NCBI GenBank assembly: GCA_963801165.1
Contig: CAWDDT010000007.1
Span: 96,001 to 160,000, forward strand
Source of the DNA: an uncultured bacterium
GTDB lineage: Bacteria; Actinomycetota; Acidimicrobiia; Spongiisociales; UBA5794
Direction: 5' to 3'
DNA length: 64,000 bases
Of this stretch, positions 19,615-30,260 are shown one piece after another. How positions within the stretch are numbered: position 1 is the first letter of the stretch; each line of letters opens with the position of its first letter. A model generated the notes under the pieces. The model saw only the letters and a list, made by a program, of their open reading frames with translations. It was not told the DNA's origin and did not search any database. A program made the translations under genes and the position numbers.

Positions 19615-20565
19615 GTGAGGCATTCCTTGATCATCGCGCTCATGGCGTTGACCGTCCTGCTCGGTGCACCCGGCGCCGCCGCGTCCGATTCGTCCCGCTG
19701 CGCCGACCTGTTTCCCGACGTTACCTGGGTCCCGCAGACGCTCGATGGGCCGACCGCTCTCGAAATCGCCGGGATGAACGAGGCAGAGTCGGAGCGTTTC
19801 GCTCTCGTTGTTTCCCAGCAATCGAAGCTCATCGAATCCGAGATCGGGGGGCTGCCGGGATCTACGGTTTGTCTTGCCACTTCAGAGCTCGCCGACGCCT
19901 TCAGCGCATACGCACCTTTCGGGCAGCGTCTCCATGCCGGTGTGTTCGCAGACGAGCAGGTGCTCGTGTTGGCTGCGGTCGAGACACGCATGGTCGACGA
20001 TGCGATCGCCTATGGGTTGCCTCAGTTGGCGTTGGCACAGGTCGCCACCGAGCTGGGCATTGATGGTGGATACCCGGAACCGCTCGGGTCGACTATCGCC
20101 AACTGGTATCTGGCGCGGGCCACCGACCGTCTCGAGCGCTACCGCGCGGGGCTCGTGATCTCCATGTTCCTCGACGACCCCAACCCTGAGAAACGAACCG
20201 ACGCCGACGCGGTGCAATGGGTGAGCGAGCGCAAGGCCGATCCGTCCTTCTTCGACCCCCAGTTTCTGGGGTCGCCGATGGGAGTGTTCGTCGACTTTGC
20301 GGTGTCGCAGCGGGGGATGGGGGTTCTGCGCGATCTGGACCAGGCAACGTGGGCCGGGCTGGAGAAGCAGTGGCGCATCTCTATCAGGGACCAGTATCCC
20401 CGCGGCAACTTCGGGGTCTGGTGGGGTGTCGGCATCGTAGTTGTGTTTCTGCTCCTCGCCATTCTCATGGCGTGGACGAAACATCGCGAGAACCGGCTCG
20501 CCGCAGCCAGATTCCCGACTCCGCCCCCGGACGAGGCCGTGTTCGGGCCGGGTGCGGGTAGCTAG
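19615..20565 (+). CDS. Hypothetical exported protein with C-terminal TM anchor (possible inactive peptidase MA-like fold)
   Basis: Signal peptide, C-terminal TM followed by basic tail; GTG 7 nt after TAGAGT. Confidence 0.7.
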   Translation: MRHSLIIALMALTVLLGAPGAAASDSSRCADLFPDVTWVPQTLDGPTALEIAGMNEAESERFALVVSQQSKLIESEIGGLPGSTVCLATSELADAFSAYAPFGQRLHAGVFADEQVLVLAAVETRMVDDAIAYGLPQLALAQVATELGIDGGYPEPLGSTIANWYLARATDRLERYRAGLVISMFLDDPNPEKRTDADAVQWVSERKADPSFFDPQFLGSPMGVFVDFAVSQRGMGVLRDLDQATWAGLEKQWRISIRDQYPRGNFGVWWGVGIVVVFLLLAILMAWTKHRENRLAAARFPTPPPDEAVFGPGAGS

Positions 20566-20629
20566 ACGGCGTTCCGCCGGGAGTTTTCACGGCGGTAAAC
20601 CGTCAGGCCCCTAGCATCTGCGGATCGAT

Positions 20630-21568
20630 GTGACACGAAGACTCGTTGGCTGGGCTGCGACCGCGGCGGCATCGGTCACAGCGGCCCTGACGGTCATCGG
20701 GTTTCTCGGCGGTCTGTGGTGGGGCTTCGATCTGGTCGCCAACTTCCGGGTCCAATACGCGCTGGTTCTGGGTGTCGTGTCGGCCACGCTGGCGCTGCTG
20801 CGCTGGTGGCGCGCTACCGGCGTTGCTGCTGTTGCGCTCATGATGAACGTATTCCTCATCGCCCCGCTCTACCTGGACACGCCAACCGCCCCGCTCGACC
20901 AGGCCCGGCTCGAGATTCTCAGTTTCAATGTGAACGCCTGGAATCCGAACCGGACGGAGATCGCCTCATACATAACGGCATCGGGGGCCGACATCGTGCT
21001 GCTCCACGAGATAACACCGGCGTGGGAGCGTGTGCTCCAGGAAGCCGATCTTCCCTATCGATTGGTCAGCGCCAGAGCGACCCACGAGCAACTCGGCACC
21101 GCTGCTCTCGTGCGTGAGGACATGGATGCCCGGGTCCTCCAATTCGGTGTTCCCGGATCCGGGTCCGTCGAGATCACGCTCCAATTCGACGGTAGAGAGC
21201 TGGAGGTGTTGGGGACCCATCCGGCATCGCCGGTCTCGTCATCCAGTGCCCGGGCTCGCGACGAGCAGCTGGCGGCAATCGGCGAGTGGGCGTCGGTCCA
21301 GCAGGACCCGGTTGTCGTGGTGGGTGACCTCAACGCATCGACCTGGTCGTACGGGTTCCGCCTCGTCACGAAGGCCGGACTGCTCAACTCGCAACGTGGC
21401 TACGGCGTGCAGCCGTCCTGGCCGGCCGGCAGGCTGCTCGATGCCATCCCGATCGACCATCTGGTGCACAGCCCGCAACTCACGACCGTCGACCGGCACC
21501 TCGGTGATCCTCAGGGGTCGGATCACTACCCGTTGTTCGTGACCCTGGCGTGGGCCGCACAGAGTTAG
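20630..21568 (+). CDS. Endonuclease/exonuclease/phosphatase family membrane protein (YafD-like)
   Basis: Three N-terminal TMs, ILSFNV, DIVLLHE, VVGDLN, PIDHL, GSDHYPL. Confidence 0.88.
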   Translation: MTRRLVGWAATAAASVTAALTVIGFLGGLWWGFDLVANFRVQYALVLGVVSATLALLRWWRATGVAAVALMMNVFLIAPLYLDTPTAPLDQARLEILSFNVNAWNPNRTEIASYITASGADIVLLHEITPAWERVLQEADLPYRLVSARATHEQLGTAALVREDMDARVLQFGVPGSGSVEITLQFDGRELEVLGTHPASPVSSSSARARDEQLAAIGEWASVQQDPVVVVGDLNASTWSYGFRLVTKAGLLNSQRGYGVQPSWPAGRLLDAIPIDHLVHSPQLTTVDRHLGDPQGSDHYPLFVTLAWAAQS

Positions 21569-21637
21569 GGGACAGTTGAAGAATCCGAGTTCAGGCTCGT
21601 GACAAGCTCGACAACAGCTCAGAGCCCTGGCTTCGGT

Positions 21638-23227
21638 TCAAGAGAGGGCTGCGGTGGCGGCGACCCTGGGATCGGCGGCACCCACCACCCCGTCGCCATG
21701 CCCGGTGATCACCGACACAGGTCCCCAGCCCGGCATCCATCCCGGTGCCGGTCTGGGATGGTGACCCCATTCCCGGAGCGCCTCGACGACGCCGGTGTCG
21801 AGATGCGGCTCGAAGACAACGCCCGGGTCGTTGGTGCGCCATTCTGCGGTCGTCCAGCGCGGCTGGAGTTGGGCGGTGGCGCCGTCGAGGCCGGCCCAAC
21901 GCATGTAGGTGACCATCTGCAGCAACGTTTGCGGCTGGAAATCACCTCCGCGCGTGCCGAGGAGCATCTGTAGAGAACCATCTAAGGTCCACAAGGTAGG
22001 GGAGAGGGTATGGAGCGGGCGCTTGCCCGGTGCGATCTCGTTGGGGTGGCCCGGCTCGAGCGTGAAGCCCGAGCCGCGGTCGTGGAGAAAGAATCCGTGA
22101 TCGCCTACGCCTATCCGGGAACCGATCCCGTGGTAGTTGGATTGGATCAGCGATATCCCCATGCCCTGGTCGTCACGGACGCAGAGAAAGGCGGTCCCGC
22201 CCGGCGCCGGTGGTGGCGTAGGCCAATCCGTGCGGGTGTCGAGGTCGATCCGGGACAGTCGCTCTTCCAGCCGGCCGGTGTCGAGAAGATCATCCGGATC
22301 GATTGGTGAGAACCGGTCGTCGCACACGAGGCGGTCTCGTTCCCACGCCATCGCCCGGTACGCCTCGATGGCTGCATGGGTGAACCGGGGATGGGTGGGG
22401 TCGTGCGGAGGATCGAGGTTCTCAAACAGCCAGGCGGCGGCCAGCGTCAGGTATCCCTGCGAATTCGGCGGGATGGTCCAGCCGGTCCACCCGAGCACGT
22501 CGACCGGGATCGGATCAATCCAGTCAGCCTGCCGTCGGGCGAGGTCGTCACGGTCGATGACCCCGGCGGTGGCCGAGACGATTCCATCGCCTACGTCCCC
22601 GGCATAGAACGCCTCGCGCCCCGCCGCTGCGATTGCCCGGAGCGTCGCTGCCAGCGTGGGGCGCGTGACCAGAGCACCGGCGGCCGGTGGCGTACCGTCC
22701 GAATACAGCCCGGCCGAGGCCGGTTGCGGGCGCAGGTCCCCCGCCAGCATCTCGAGCGCCCGGGCGAGCTGTGGTGATGCAGGAAATCCGGATTCGGCGA
22801 GCGCTACCGGTGTCTCCAACACCCGGGACAGCGGCAGTGAGCCGTACTCCTCGAGGATCGCCTCCCAACCGTCGACACAGCCGGGAACGGTCACTGCATA
22901 CGGGCTCTCGACCGGTATACGGGTGAGACCCTCGCCCCGAATCATCTCAGCCCGGGCCCCCGCACCGGCGTGGCCGGATGAGTTGAGCGCCGCCGGGGTC
23001 TCCCGCCCGGGCACCTGGATGAGAGCGAACAGGTCGCCGCCGATGCCACACGTCTCCGGGGCGACGACACCAAGTGTTGCGTTGGCGGCAACCGCCGCGT
23101 CGGCGGCATTTCCACCGCCGTCGAGGATCTCGATCGCGGCCCGGGACGCCAGATGGTGCGGTGTCACCGCCACCCGGGTGCCGTGCGATGTGACCCGGGC
23201 TCCCGCGAGCCTCCCGGGTAGGGTCAC
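21638..23227 (-). CDS. ggt: Gamma-glutamyltransferase family protein
   Basis: GGNAADAAVA, CGIGGDLF, VTVPGCVDGW, GGTAFL (Thr nucleophile), PGKRPLHTL, GAADPR. Confidence 0.9.
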   Translation of the reverse strand: MTLPGRLAGARVTSHGTRVAVTPHHLASRAAIEILDGGGNAADAAVAANATLGVVAPETCGIGGDLFALIQVPGRETPAALNSSGHAGAGARAEMIRGEGLTRIPVESPYAVTVPGCVDGWEAILEEYGSLPLSRVLETPVALAESGFPASPQLARALEMLAGDLRPQPASAGLYSDGTPPAAGALVTRPTLAATLRAIAAAGREAFYAGDVGDGIVSATAGVIDRDDLARRQADWIDPIPVDVLGWTGWTIPPNSQGYLTLAAAWLFENLDPPHDPTHPRFTHAAIEAYRAMAWERDRLVCDDRFSPIDPDDLLDTGRLEERLSRIDLDTRTDWPTPPPAPGGTAFLCVRDDQGMGISLIQSNYHGIGSRIGVGDHGFFLHDRGSGFTLEPGHPNEIAPGKRPLHTLSPTLWTLDGSLQMLLGTRGGDFQPQTLLQMVTYMRWAGLDGATAQLQPRWTTAEWRTNDPGVVFEPHLDTGVVEALREWGHHPRPAPGWMPGWGPVSVITGHGDGVVGAADPRVAATAALS

Positions 23228-23856
23228 GACAAGACCGCGGGCAACCGGCGATTGAGGGCGTCGAGGACAGCTTTCACCGCGGCTTCGTCGTCGTCACCGT
23301 GAGAAAGCGCGGATCCAACGACGAGCTCCTCGCCGTCTTTACCGGCGAAGACGATCACAGCTATCAGCACCGTTCGCATGCCCACGTTTGCGGTGCCGAT
23401 CGAGTCGAGAGCGAGCGGTGGTGTGTCGGTGAATATCGACTCCATCGCATGGAGGGTCGCCTCCCCGAGGAGCCGCATTCGAGCCGATGCGGCGTCGGGA
23501 CCGACCGCCGAGCCGATGTGTTCATCTTGCTGCCATCCGAGGGTGACTGTGAGAGTCGCCCTGTTCTGGTCGATGCTCTCTTTGACCCTTCGCAGCACCG
23601 GTCTCGGTATCGCTCGTTCCTTGATCTTGTCCGGAGCGAGCTGCACTATTGATATCACCCTGCGGTCGATGTTGATGCCGAACTTGGCCATGGCCAGAGA
23701 TTGGATGTCGCGGGAGATCTGCTTGGGTAGCTTGGCAGGTACCGCCAGGACGTGCAGCTCGACGACGTTGCCTCCTTTGCTCACGACCCGGGCTGCCTCA
23801 ACCGACTCGAGCTGGGCAAGTGTCTCTTCGAATTCCTCGTTGTCGAACACCGTCAC
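23224..23856 (-). CDS. Conserved hypothetical protein
   Basis: ELHVLA...PKQISRDIQS...IDRRVISIVQ and C-terminal AVKAVLDALNRRL; GTG start after AGGAAGG; stop overlaps the ggt start. Confidence 0.75.
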   Translation of the reverse strand: MTVFDNEEFEETLAQLESVEAARVVSKGGNVVELHVLAVPAKLPKQISRDIQSLAMAKFGINIDRRVISIVQLAPDKIKERAIPRPVLRRVKESIDQNRATLTVTLGWQQDEHIGSAVGPDAASARMRLLGEATLHAMESIFTDTPPLALDSIGTANVGMRTVLIAVIVFAGKDGEELVVGSALSHGDDDEAAVKAVLDALNRRLPAVLS

Positions 23857-24052
23857 CGGCCTTCCTACGCTGCGCTCTCTGGGCTGCACACTAGCGGTGC
23901 CCCGGGGCCTCCTTGCAGGAATTACCCCCTGTGGATAACGTACCAATGCGCCAGGGAAGGCGCTCGGGAAGCGGGGCAGAAGCATGGCGGAACATGACGG
24001 CTGCCCGGCAACTCGCCCGGTAACGAGAAGCGAACGTTGAGGATCTGGAAGG

Positions 24053-25291
24053 TTGGCTAGAACGCGTTTCAACCGGCTTGCGATGATGGTGCTGGTCGCC
24101 CTGGCAACTGCGGCGGGGATTCTCGTCTATGCGCACGTCGGTGATCCGCTCCCGCTGATCATCGGTACGGCGCTGATGACGGCGTCGCTGATGCTGCACG
24201 TCCCGGCGATGAGCGGCAACCGCGTGTATCTCGGTGTCGCCGCCGCCGCGGCCGTCCCCGTTGCGGTGGGGGATGCAGGTTTGGCGGCCGCGATATACAC
24301 GACATCTCTGACCGCCGCCTGGCTCTTGTATCTGGCGTTCCAGCTGGTTGATCGCACGTGGCTGAATTCGGAGTACCTCGCCGAGGTCATCGCCATCCTC
24401 GGCTTCGGGGGCACCTATCACCTTGTTTCCACCGTATTCGGAGTACACGGGTTCAGTTTCGCCGACCGTTTTCCCCACGAGGGCTACGTGGCGATCATCT
24501 GCGTGATCACCGGCGGAATCGTTTATCACGTTCTGCGGGCTAGTACCCGGTCGCTGATCGGTCTCGAGCGGGCGGACTTCTCACCGCGGTATTTATGGCT
24601 CGCCGGGCTCGAGGACTGGTCGGCGATCACCGTGCTCGTCCTGAGCGGGACGATGATCGGCACCGCGTATGCCGGGCTCGGATGGAAGGCGATAATTGTC
24701 GCCGCCGCCCCGTATTTGTTCACCCATCAGGCGCTCGAGCGCTACAACGGGACGAAAGTGACCTACGGCCAGACGATCCAGGCGCTCTCGCAGATTCCCG
24801 AGGTGGCGGGTCTTTCGCCTGTGGGCCACGCGGTACGCACCGGCAGGCTGGCTGCCGACATCGGTCGCGAGATGGGTCTCCACCCCGAAGATGTCGAGGA
24901 TCTCGAGTTCGCCGGCTACATGCACGACATCGGACGGATCACGCTCAACGAACCGGCGATCCTCCGAGCCGGCTACACCGAGGTCGACATTGCGCGCTGG
25001 GGCTCGCAGATAGTCTCCGAAGCGCCTCACCTGGAAGAGGTTTCGAAGATCGTCGGTGATCAATACCTTCCCTATCGCTCACCGGGAATGGAGATCGATC
25101 CGAGCGTGTCGGTGAGCTCGAAGATCGTCAAGGTCGTCAGCGCATACGACCAGTTTGTACATGAGTATCACATGGCGCCGATTCTGGCTCTCGAGCAGCT
25201 CCACAAGGGCTCCGCTTACGAGTTCGACCCCCGGGTAACCAGCTCGCTACGCAGGGTTCTCGAGTTCCGCGGCGAGCTCGACGAGCGGTAG
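24053..25291 (+). CDS. Multi-TM HD-GYP-like domain protein (degenerate)
   Basis: Several TMs, GHAVRT...MHDIGRI, SKIVKVVSAYD, GSAYEFDPRV; lacks HHE and GYP. Confidence 0.82.
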   Translation: MARTRFNRLAMMVLVALATAAGILVYAHVGDPLPLIIGTALMTASLMLHVPAMSGNRVYLGVAAAAAVPVAVGDAGLAAAIYTTSLTAAWLLYLAFQLVDRTWLNSEYLAEVIAILGFGGTYHLVSTVFGVHGFSFADRFPHEGYVAIICVITGGIVYHVLRASTRSLIGLERADFSPRYLWLAGLEDWSAITVLVLSGTMIGTAYAGLGWKAIIVAAAPYLFTHQALERYNGTKVTYGQTIQALSQIPEVAGLSPVGHAVRTGRLAADIGREMGLHPEDVEDLEFAGYMHDIGRITLNEPAILRAGYTEVDIARWGSQIVSEAPHLEEVSKIVGDQYLPYRSPGMEIDPSVSVSSKIVKVVSAYDQFVHEYHMAPILALEQLHKGSAYEFDPRVTSSLRRVLEFRGELDER

Positions 25292-25312
25292 CTCCCGGCC
25301 TCACCCGGGGAT

Positions 25313-25882
25313 CTAGACCTCACCGCGACGGTCTGCCGCCGATCCCGGGAGGCCCTGCGCTCCGCGCCGGAACAAACGAATCGGCTGCCGGAGTTGATCC
25401 TCGACGAACACGCCCAGCCCCACGGCGAGCAGGACGTCGCCCAGCGATATGACCGACCCCGGCATAGGGACGATATCTGCCAGAAAGGGCAACTTCGAGC
25501 TGCCGTCGAGCAAGACGTGCTTGGCATCGAGGTGCAACTTGCCGATCTCGCCTCCGGCGAGGTGGACCGCCTCGGGGAGGACGGGCATACCGTTGTTGAG
25601 CGCGATCACGGTGAGGTTCATCAAGATCCCGATACCGGCGATCCACATTCCCGGCAGACGCTGGTTGAGCAGGACAACGATGAGCAGTGGCAGGTATGAC
25701 AGGAGCACGAGCGAGACGGCCAGGTTTTTGGCATCGATGAAGTTGGCCGCGGTCTGCATACCGAGCCCGAGGAACAGCAGCCACCAGCCGCGCGCATATA
25801 TCTCCGCTACGTTGGATAGCTTCCCGCCCCGGAGTAGAGAGACCGCAACTGAAATGCCGATGACCACGAACAACCACAGCAT
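25313..25882 (-). CDS. DUF5317 family membrane protein
   Basis: LLRGGKLSN, GILMNLTVIALNNGMPV, LPFLADIVP...SLGDVLL. Confidence 0.85.
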   Translation of the reverse strand: MLWLFVVIGISVAVSLLRGGKLSNVAEIYARGWWLLFLGLGMQTAANFIDAKNLAVSLVLLSYLPLLIVVLLNQRLPGMWIAGIGILMNLTVIALNNGMPVLPEAVHLAGGEIGKLHLDAKHVLLDGSSKLPFLADIVPMPGSVISLGDVLLAVGLGVFVEDQLRQPIRLFRRGAQGLPGSAADRRGEV

Positions 25883-25952
25883 GACGCGACGTTAGCCGAG
25901 TCGCGAAACGAAGCCGTGAGTATCCTCGTCAATTGACCTCGAGGAGGAAACG

Positions 25953-26720
25953 ATGTTGCGATATGAGTGTCACGATCAGGTAGCCGTTGTGACGATCGAT
26001 GATCCGGACCGGCGCAACCCGATGACCCTCGAGACGATGGCGGAGATGGCCGGCCACGTGACCGCGGCTGCCGCTGATCCCGGGGTTCGCGTCATCGTCA
26101 TCACCGGAGCCGGGGACAGGGCATTCTCGGCCGGGGGGGATCTGAGCGGGGGATTCGTCGACTCGCCGCTGGCCGACCACGACGCCAGGGGAGCGCTGGC
26201 GAACCTGTTCCGTGCCATACGGACGTGTGGCAAGCCGGTGATTGCACGCGTCAACGGGCATGCGGTTGCCGGCGGATTCGGGCTGGCTGCCGCATGCGAC
26301 ATCGTCATTGCCGTGGAGGACGCCACCTTTGGAGCCCCTGAGGTCCGGGTCGGTCTCTGGCCGATGATGATCACCGCCATCGTGCGCAGGGTGATGCCGG
26401 CACGTGCCGCGTTCGATCTGATGGCCACCGGGAGGAGGATCGATGCCGACGAGGCGTTGCGTCTGGGTGTGGTGTCGCGGGTTGTGCCCCGGGAGAAGCT
26501 CGACGCCGCCGTCGATGAGGCCGTGGCCCGATTGATCGAGGTGTCTCCCGCGGTGCTCGCCATGGGGAAGGATGCGTTCTACGCCACCGAGGACATGCCG
26601 CTCGACGTGGCACTCGACTATCTGCACACGGGTCTGACCGCGGTCGCTATGACCGAGGACGCCGTGGAAGGCGTCAGCGCGTTTCTGGAGAAGCGCACTC
26701 CCGCGTGGCGCGGGCGCTAG
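25953..26720 (+). CDS. Enoyl-CoA hydratase/isomerase family protein
   Basis: AFSAGGDL, KPVIARVNGHAVAGGFGL, PEVRVGL, EGVSAFLEKR; RBS GAGGAGG. Confidence 0.92.
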   Translation: MLRYECHDQVAVVTIDDPDRRNPMTLETMAEMAGHVTAAAADPGVRVIVITGAGDRAFSAGGDLSGGFVDSPLADHDARGALANLFRAIRTCGKPVIARVNGHAVAGGFGLAAACDIVIAVEDATFGAPEVRVGLWPMMITAIVRRVMPARAAFDLMATGRRIDADEALRLGVVSRVVPREKLDAAVDEAVARLIEVSPAVLAMGKDAFYATEDMPLDVALDYLHTGLTAVAMTEDAVEGVSAFLEKRTPAWRGR

Positions 26721-27334
26721 TTGAAGAAGAGTCGGGCGATGTCTGCGTCCAGATCGTCGACGGTGAGCGCACCGAAGTGGGTCTCGAGCAGGGTCCCGTC
26801 GCCGGAGATGAAGAACGTTGCCGGCAGTCCGAGAACCGGATACGCGTCATCGACTGTTCCGTCATCGAACGCGATCGTATAACCGACGCCGATTTCGTCT
26901 ACGAACGCCGTGGCGTCTGCCACCTCATCCTGCACCGACACACCCACGAAGGCGACTTCGGGATGCTGAGTCGAGGCGTTGTTGATGTCGGGCATCTCCG
27001 AGCGGCAGGGTGCGCACCACGATGCCCACAGGTTGAGTACGACCGGGCGGCCGTCGTCGGCAATGTGCTCGGCCAGGTCGAACGTAGAGCCGTCCAGTGT
27101 GGGCAGGGCGAAGGTCGGTGCCGGTTTGTCCTTGCTGGGGAGATTGGGGTCCGTTGCGGCGATGTCGCCCAGGTCGGGGTAGGTGGGCTCAGTAGACGAG
27201 CCACCGCGGCTGCCGATGGCCACGGTCACGGCGGCGGCCGCGACAAACACCGCAGCGAGCATCATCCAGGTGCGGAATCGACCGCCTTTGGCGTGTGATT
27301 CATCCGGGCCCATGAGCGGTGACACTAGTGACAT
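26717..27334 (-). CDS. TlpA/ResA-like thiol-disulfide oxidoreductase
   Basis: TM anchor, VVLNLWASWCAPCRSEMP, GLPATFFI; start may be 27313. Confidence 0.88.
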   Translation of the reverse strand: MSLVSPLMGPDESHAKGGRFRTWMMLAAVFVAAAAVTVAIGSRGGSSTEPTYPDLGDIAATDPNLPSKDKPAPTFALPTLDGSTFDLAEHIADDGRPVVLNLWASWCAPCRSEMPDINNASTQHPEVAFVGVSVQDEVADATAFVDEIGVGYTIAFDDGTVDDAYPVLGLPATFFISGDGTLLETHFGALTVDDLDADIARLFFN

Positions 27335-27484
27335 TTCCGGTCATTGCATCCCGGCGTATCGTGCATTGTGCGGACCTGCCACAGCGAACAACCGGCAAAG
27401 AAAGACAGTTCTTGCGTCGCCGCTCGTTTCCGTTTGATCTTTCCAGCCGAATAGGGATGTCAGCCGTCGGTATCCTTGGTCAAT

Positions 27485-27512
27485 CTATAGAGACGAAACT
27501 ATAGAGACGAAA
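27485..27512. repeat. 14-bp direct tandem repeat upstream of acnA
   Basis: CTATAGAGACGAAA x2, exact. Confidence 0.85.
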
Positions 27513-27533
27513 CAACGAGAGGACGGCCCGGCA

Positions 27534-30209
27534 ATGAGCAGCACCGACCCGTTTGGCGCCGAGGAGACATTCACCAGCCCCGCGGGGCCCCGCACGGTCC
27601 ACCGGATCGACGCGCTGCGGGACATGGGCGATATCGATCGACTGCCGTACTCGATCAAGGTGCTTCTCGAAGCGGCACTCCGCAGCCACGACGGGGTGAC
27701 GGTCACCGACGAAGATGTGAGAGCTCTTGCCCAATACGACGCATCCAAAGTCGAAGAGACCGAGATTGCCTTCAAGCCGGCGCGGGTCGTTCTCCAAGAT
27801 TTCACGGGGGTTCCGGCCGTCGTCGATCTCGCCGCGATGCGGGCGGCGGTGGTTCGGATGACCGGCGATGTGAACGCGGCCCAGAAGGTCAACCCGCTCA
27901 TCCCGGTGGATCTCGTCATCGATCATTCGGTGCAGGTCGACGCCTTCAACTCGGGCATGGCGCTGCAGATCAACAGCGAGCGCGAGTTCGAGCGCAATCA
28001 CGAGCGCTACGAATTTCTCAAATGGGGGCGGTCGGCGTTCGAGAACTTCCGGGTGGTGCCCCCGGCGACCGGGATCGTTCACCAGGTCAATCTCGAGTAC
28101 CTGGCCAGTGTGGTCTGGGATGACGGCGCCGGGCTGTACCCCGACTCGCTGGTGGGCACGGACTCACACACGACGATGATCAACGGTCTCGGCGTGCTCG
28201 GCTGGGGGGTCGGAGGTATCGAGGCCGAAGCGGCGATGGTCGGGCAGCCGATCTTCATGCTCCTGCCCGAAGTGGTCGGCTTCAAGCTCACCGGCAAGCT
28301 CCAGGACGGCATGACAGCTACCGACCTGGTCCTGCGTGTAGTCCAGATGCTGCGCGAGCACGGTGTAGTCGGCAAGTTCGTCGAGTTCTACGGACCGGGT
28401 CTGGCGGAGATGCCCATCGCCAACCGGGCCACGATCGCCAATATGGCTCCGGAGTACGGGGCGACGATTGGGTTCTTCCCCGTCGACGAGCAGACACTGA
28501 CCTATCTCCGCCTCACCGGTCGCGACGAGAAGGCGATCGAGACGGTCGAGGCATACACCAGGATGCAGGGAATGTGGCGCGACGACGCACGAGACATCGT
28601 CTACAGCTCGAACCTCGAGCTCGACATGGCGACGGTGACCGCAGCGCTGTCGGGCCCGAAGCGACCACAGGATCGGATCGATCTGGGCGCAATGAAGACG
28701 CAGTGGACGAAGGATGTCGATGGCCTGCGCCGCCAGGGGGTGACTGCGACGGCACCGGTGCCCGTCGATTACGAGGGATCCAGGTTCGAGCTGGGTGACG
28801 GTGACGTCGTGATCGCGGCCATCACCAGCTGCACGAACACGTCGAATCCAGACGTCATGGTGGGCGCCGGGCTCGTGGCCCGCAAGGCCCGAGCTCGCGG
28901 GTTGACACGCAAGCCGTGGGTGAAGACCTCGCTCGCTCCCGGTTCGAAGGTGGTTACCGATTACCTGACCAAGGCCGGATTGATGGACGACCTGCAGGCT
29001 CTCGGCTTCTACCTGGTGGGGTACGGGTGCACGACCTGTATCGGCAACTCGGGCCCACTGCCCGAGTCGATCAGTGCTGCCATCAACGAGAACGATCTCG
29101 TGGTGACGTCGGTGCTCTCCGGCAACCGGAACTTCGAGGGGCGCATTTCGCCGGACGTTAGGGGCAACTATCTGGCCTCACCGCCGCTGGTCGTTGCCTT
29201 CGCCATCGCCGGCACGGTCGACATAGACCTGACCAGAGACCCGATAGGTCAGGATTCGAACGGCGACGACGTCTTCCTGGCGGACATCTGGCCATCGCAG
29301 GCGGAGATCGATGAGATCGTTACCAGCGATGTCGGCAGTGACCAGTTCACCAGGGAGTACTCGGCGGTCTTCGAAGGATCGGCGGAATGGAAGGAGATCC
29401 GGTCAGGGGACGATGCGTTGTTCCAGTGGAATCCGGCGAGCACCTACGTCCAGGAACCGCCCTTCTTCAAAAACCTCACCGCAGAGGTAACTCCGCTCGA
29501 ATCGATCGTGGGGGCACGGGTTCTGTTGAAGCTCGGAGATTCGATCACGACCGACCACATCAGTCCGGCGGGGGCGATTGCTCCCGACACACCGGCCGGC
29601 CGGTACCTGACCGACAATGGTGTCGAGCGTCGTCTCTTCAACAGCTACGGGTCCCGCAGGGGCAACGATCGGGTCATGACCAGAGGTACCTTCGCCAATG
29701 TGCGCATCCGCAACCAGATCGCGCCCGGCACCGAAGGCGGGTTCACGACCGACTTCACCGACGGTGAGGTCAAGACCGTCTACGAAGCAAGCCTCGAGTA
29801 CAAGGCGGCGGGGATCCCGCTGATCGTCCTCGCCGGGATCGACTACGGGATGGGCAGCTCGCGTGATTGGGCGGCCAAGGGAACATTCGAGCTGGGGGTC
29901 AAGGCGGTGATTGCGTCCAGCTACGAGCGGATTCACCGCTCGAATCTGGTGATGATGGGGGTGCTGCCGCTCACGTTCGCAGAAGGGGAGAACGCAGATA
30001 CGCTCGGGCTCGATGGCACCGAGACCTTCACGATCGACATCGATGACGACCTGCAACCGCGCCAGCCCGTGCGGGTGACCGCAACCACAAAGGATGGCTC
30101 CACCGTCGAGTTCATGACGCAATGTCGTGCCGACACGCCCGTTGAGATCGATTACCTACGCAACGGCGGCATCCTGCACATGGTGCTGCGCCGCATGGCG
30201 ACCGGCTGA
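27534..30209 (+). CDS. acnA: Aconitate hydratase A
   Basis: [61 protein letters not shown]. Confidence 0.97.
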   Translation: MSSTDPFGAEETFTSPAGPRTVHRIDALRDMGDIDRLPYSIKVLLEAALRSHDGVTVTDEDVRALAQYDASKVEETEIAFKPARVVLQDFTGVPAVVDLAAMRAAVVRMTGDVNAAQKVNPLIPVDLVIDHSVQVDAFNSGMALQINSEREFERNHERYEFLKWGRSAFENFRVVPPATGIVHQVNLEYLASVVWDDGAGLYPDSLVGTDSHTTMINGLGVLGWGVGGIEAEAAMVGQPIFMLLPEVVGFKLTGKLQDGMTATDLVLRVVQMLREHGVVGKFVEFYGPGLAEMPIANRATIANMAPEYGATIGFFPVDEQTLTYLRLTGRDEKAIETVEAYTRMQGMWRDDARDIVYSSNLELDMATVTAALSGPKRPQDRIDLGAMKTQWTKDVDGLRRQGVTATAPVPVDYEGSRFELGDGDVVIAAITSCTNTSNPDVMVGAGLVARKARARGLTRKPWVKTSLAPGSKVVTDYLTKAGLMDDLQALGFYLVGYGCTTCIGNSGPLPESISAAINENDLVVTSVLSGNRNFEGRISPDVRGNYLASPPLVVAFAIAGTVDIDLTRDPIGQDSNGDDVFLADIWPSQAEIDEIVTSDVGSDQFTREYSAVFEGSAEWKEIRSGDDALFQWNPASTYVQEPPFFKNLTAEVTPLESIVGARVLLKLGDSITTDHISPAGAIAPDTPAGRYLTDNGVERRLFNSYGSRRGNDRVMTRGTFANVRIRNQIAPGTEGGFTTDFTDGEVKTVYEASLEYKAAGIPLIVLAGIDYGMGSSRDWAAKGTFELGVKAVIASSYERIHRSNLVMMGVLPLTFAEGENADTLGLDGTETFTIDIDDDLQPRQPVRVTATTKDGSTVEFMTQCRADTPVEIDYLRNGGILHMVLRRMATG

Positions 30210-30260
30210 GCGTGAGACGTGTGCCGAATAATTCCAGTTCAGGCTCGACCTCGAGCCCTG

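Noticed and set aside
23930-23938. Perfect DnaA box TGTGGATAA as a sign of oriC
   Set aside because: Single copy, with no box cluster, AT-rich unwinding element or dnaA/dnaN nearby; at most a regulatory site.
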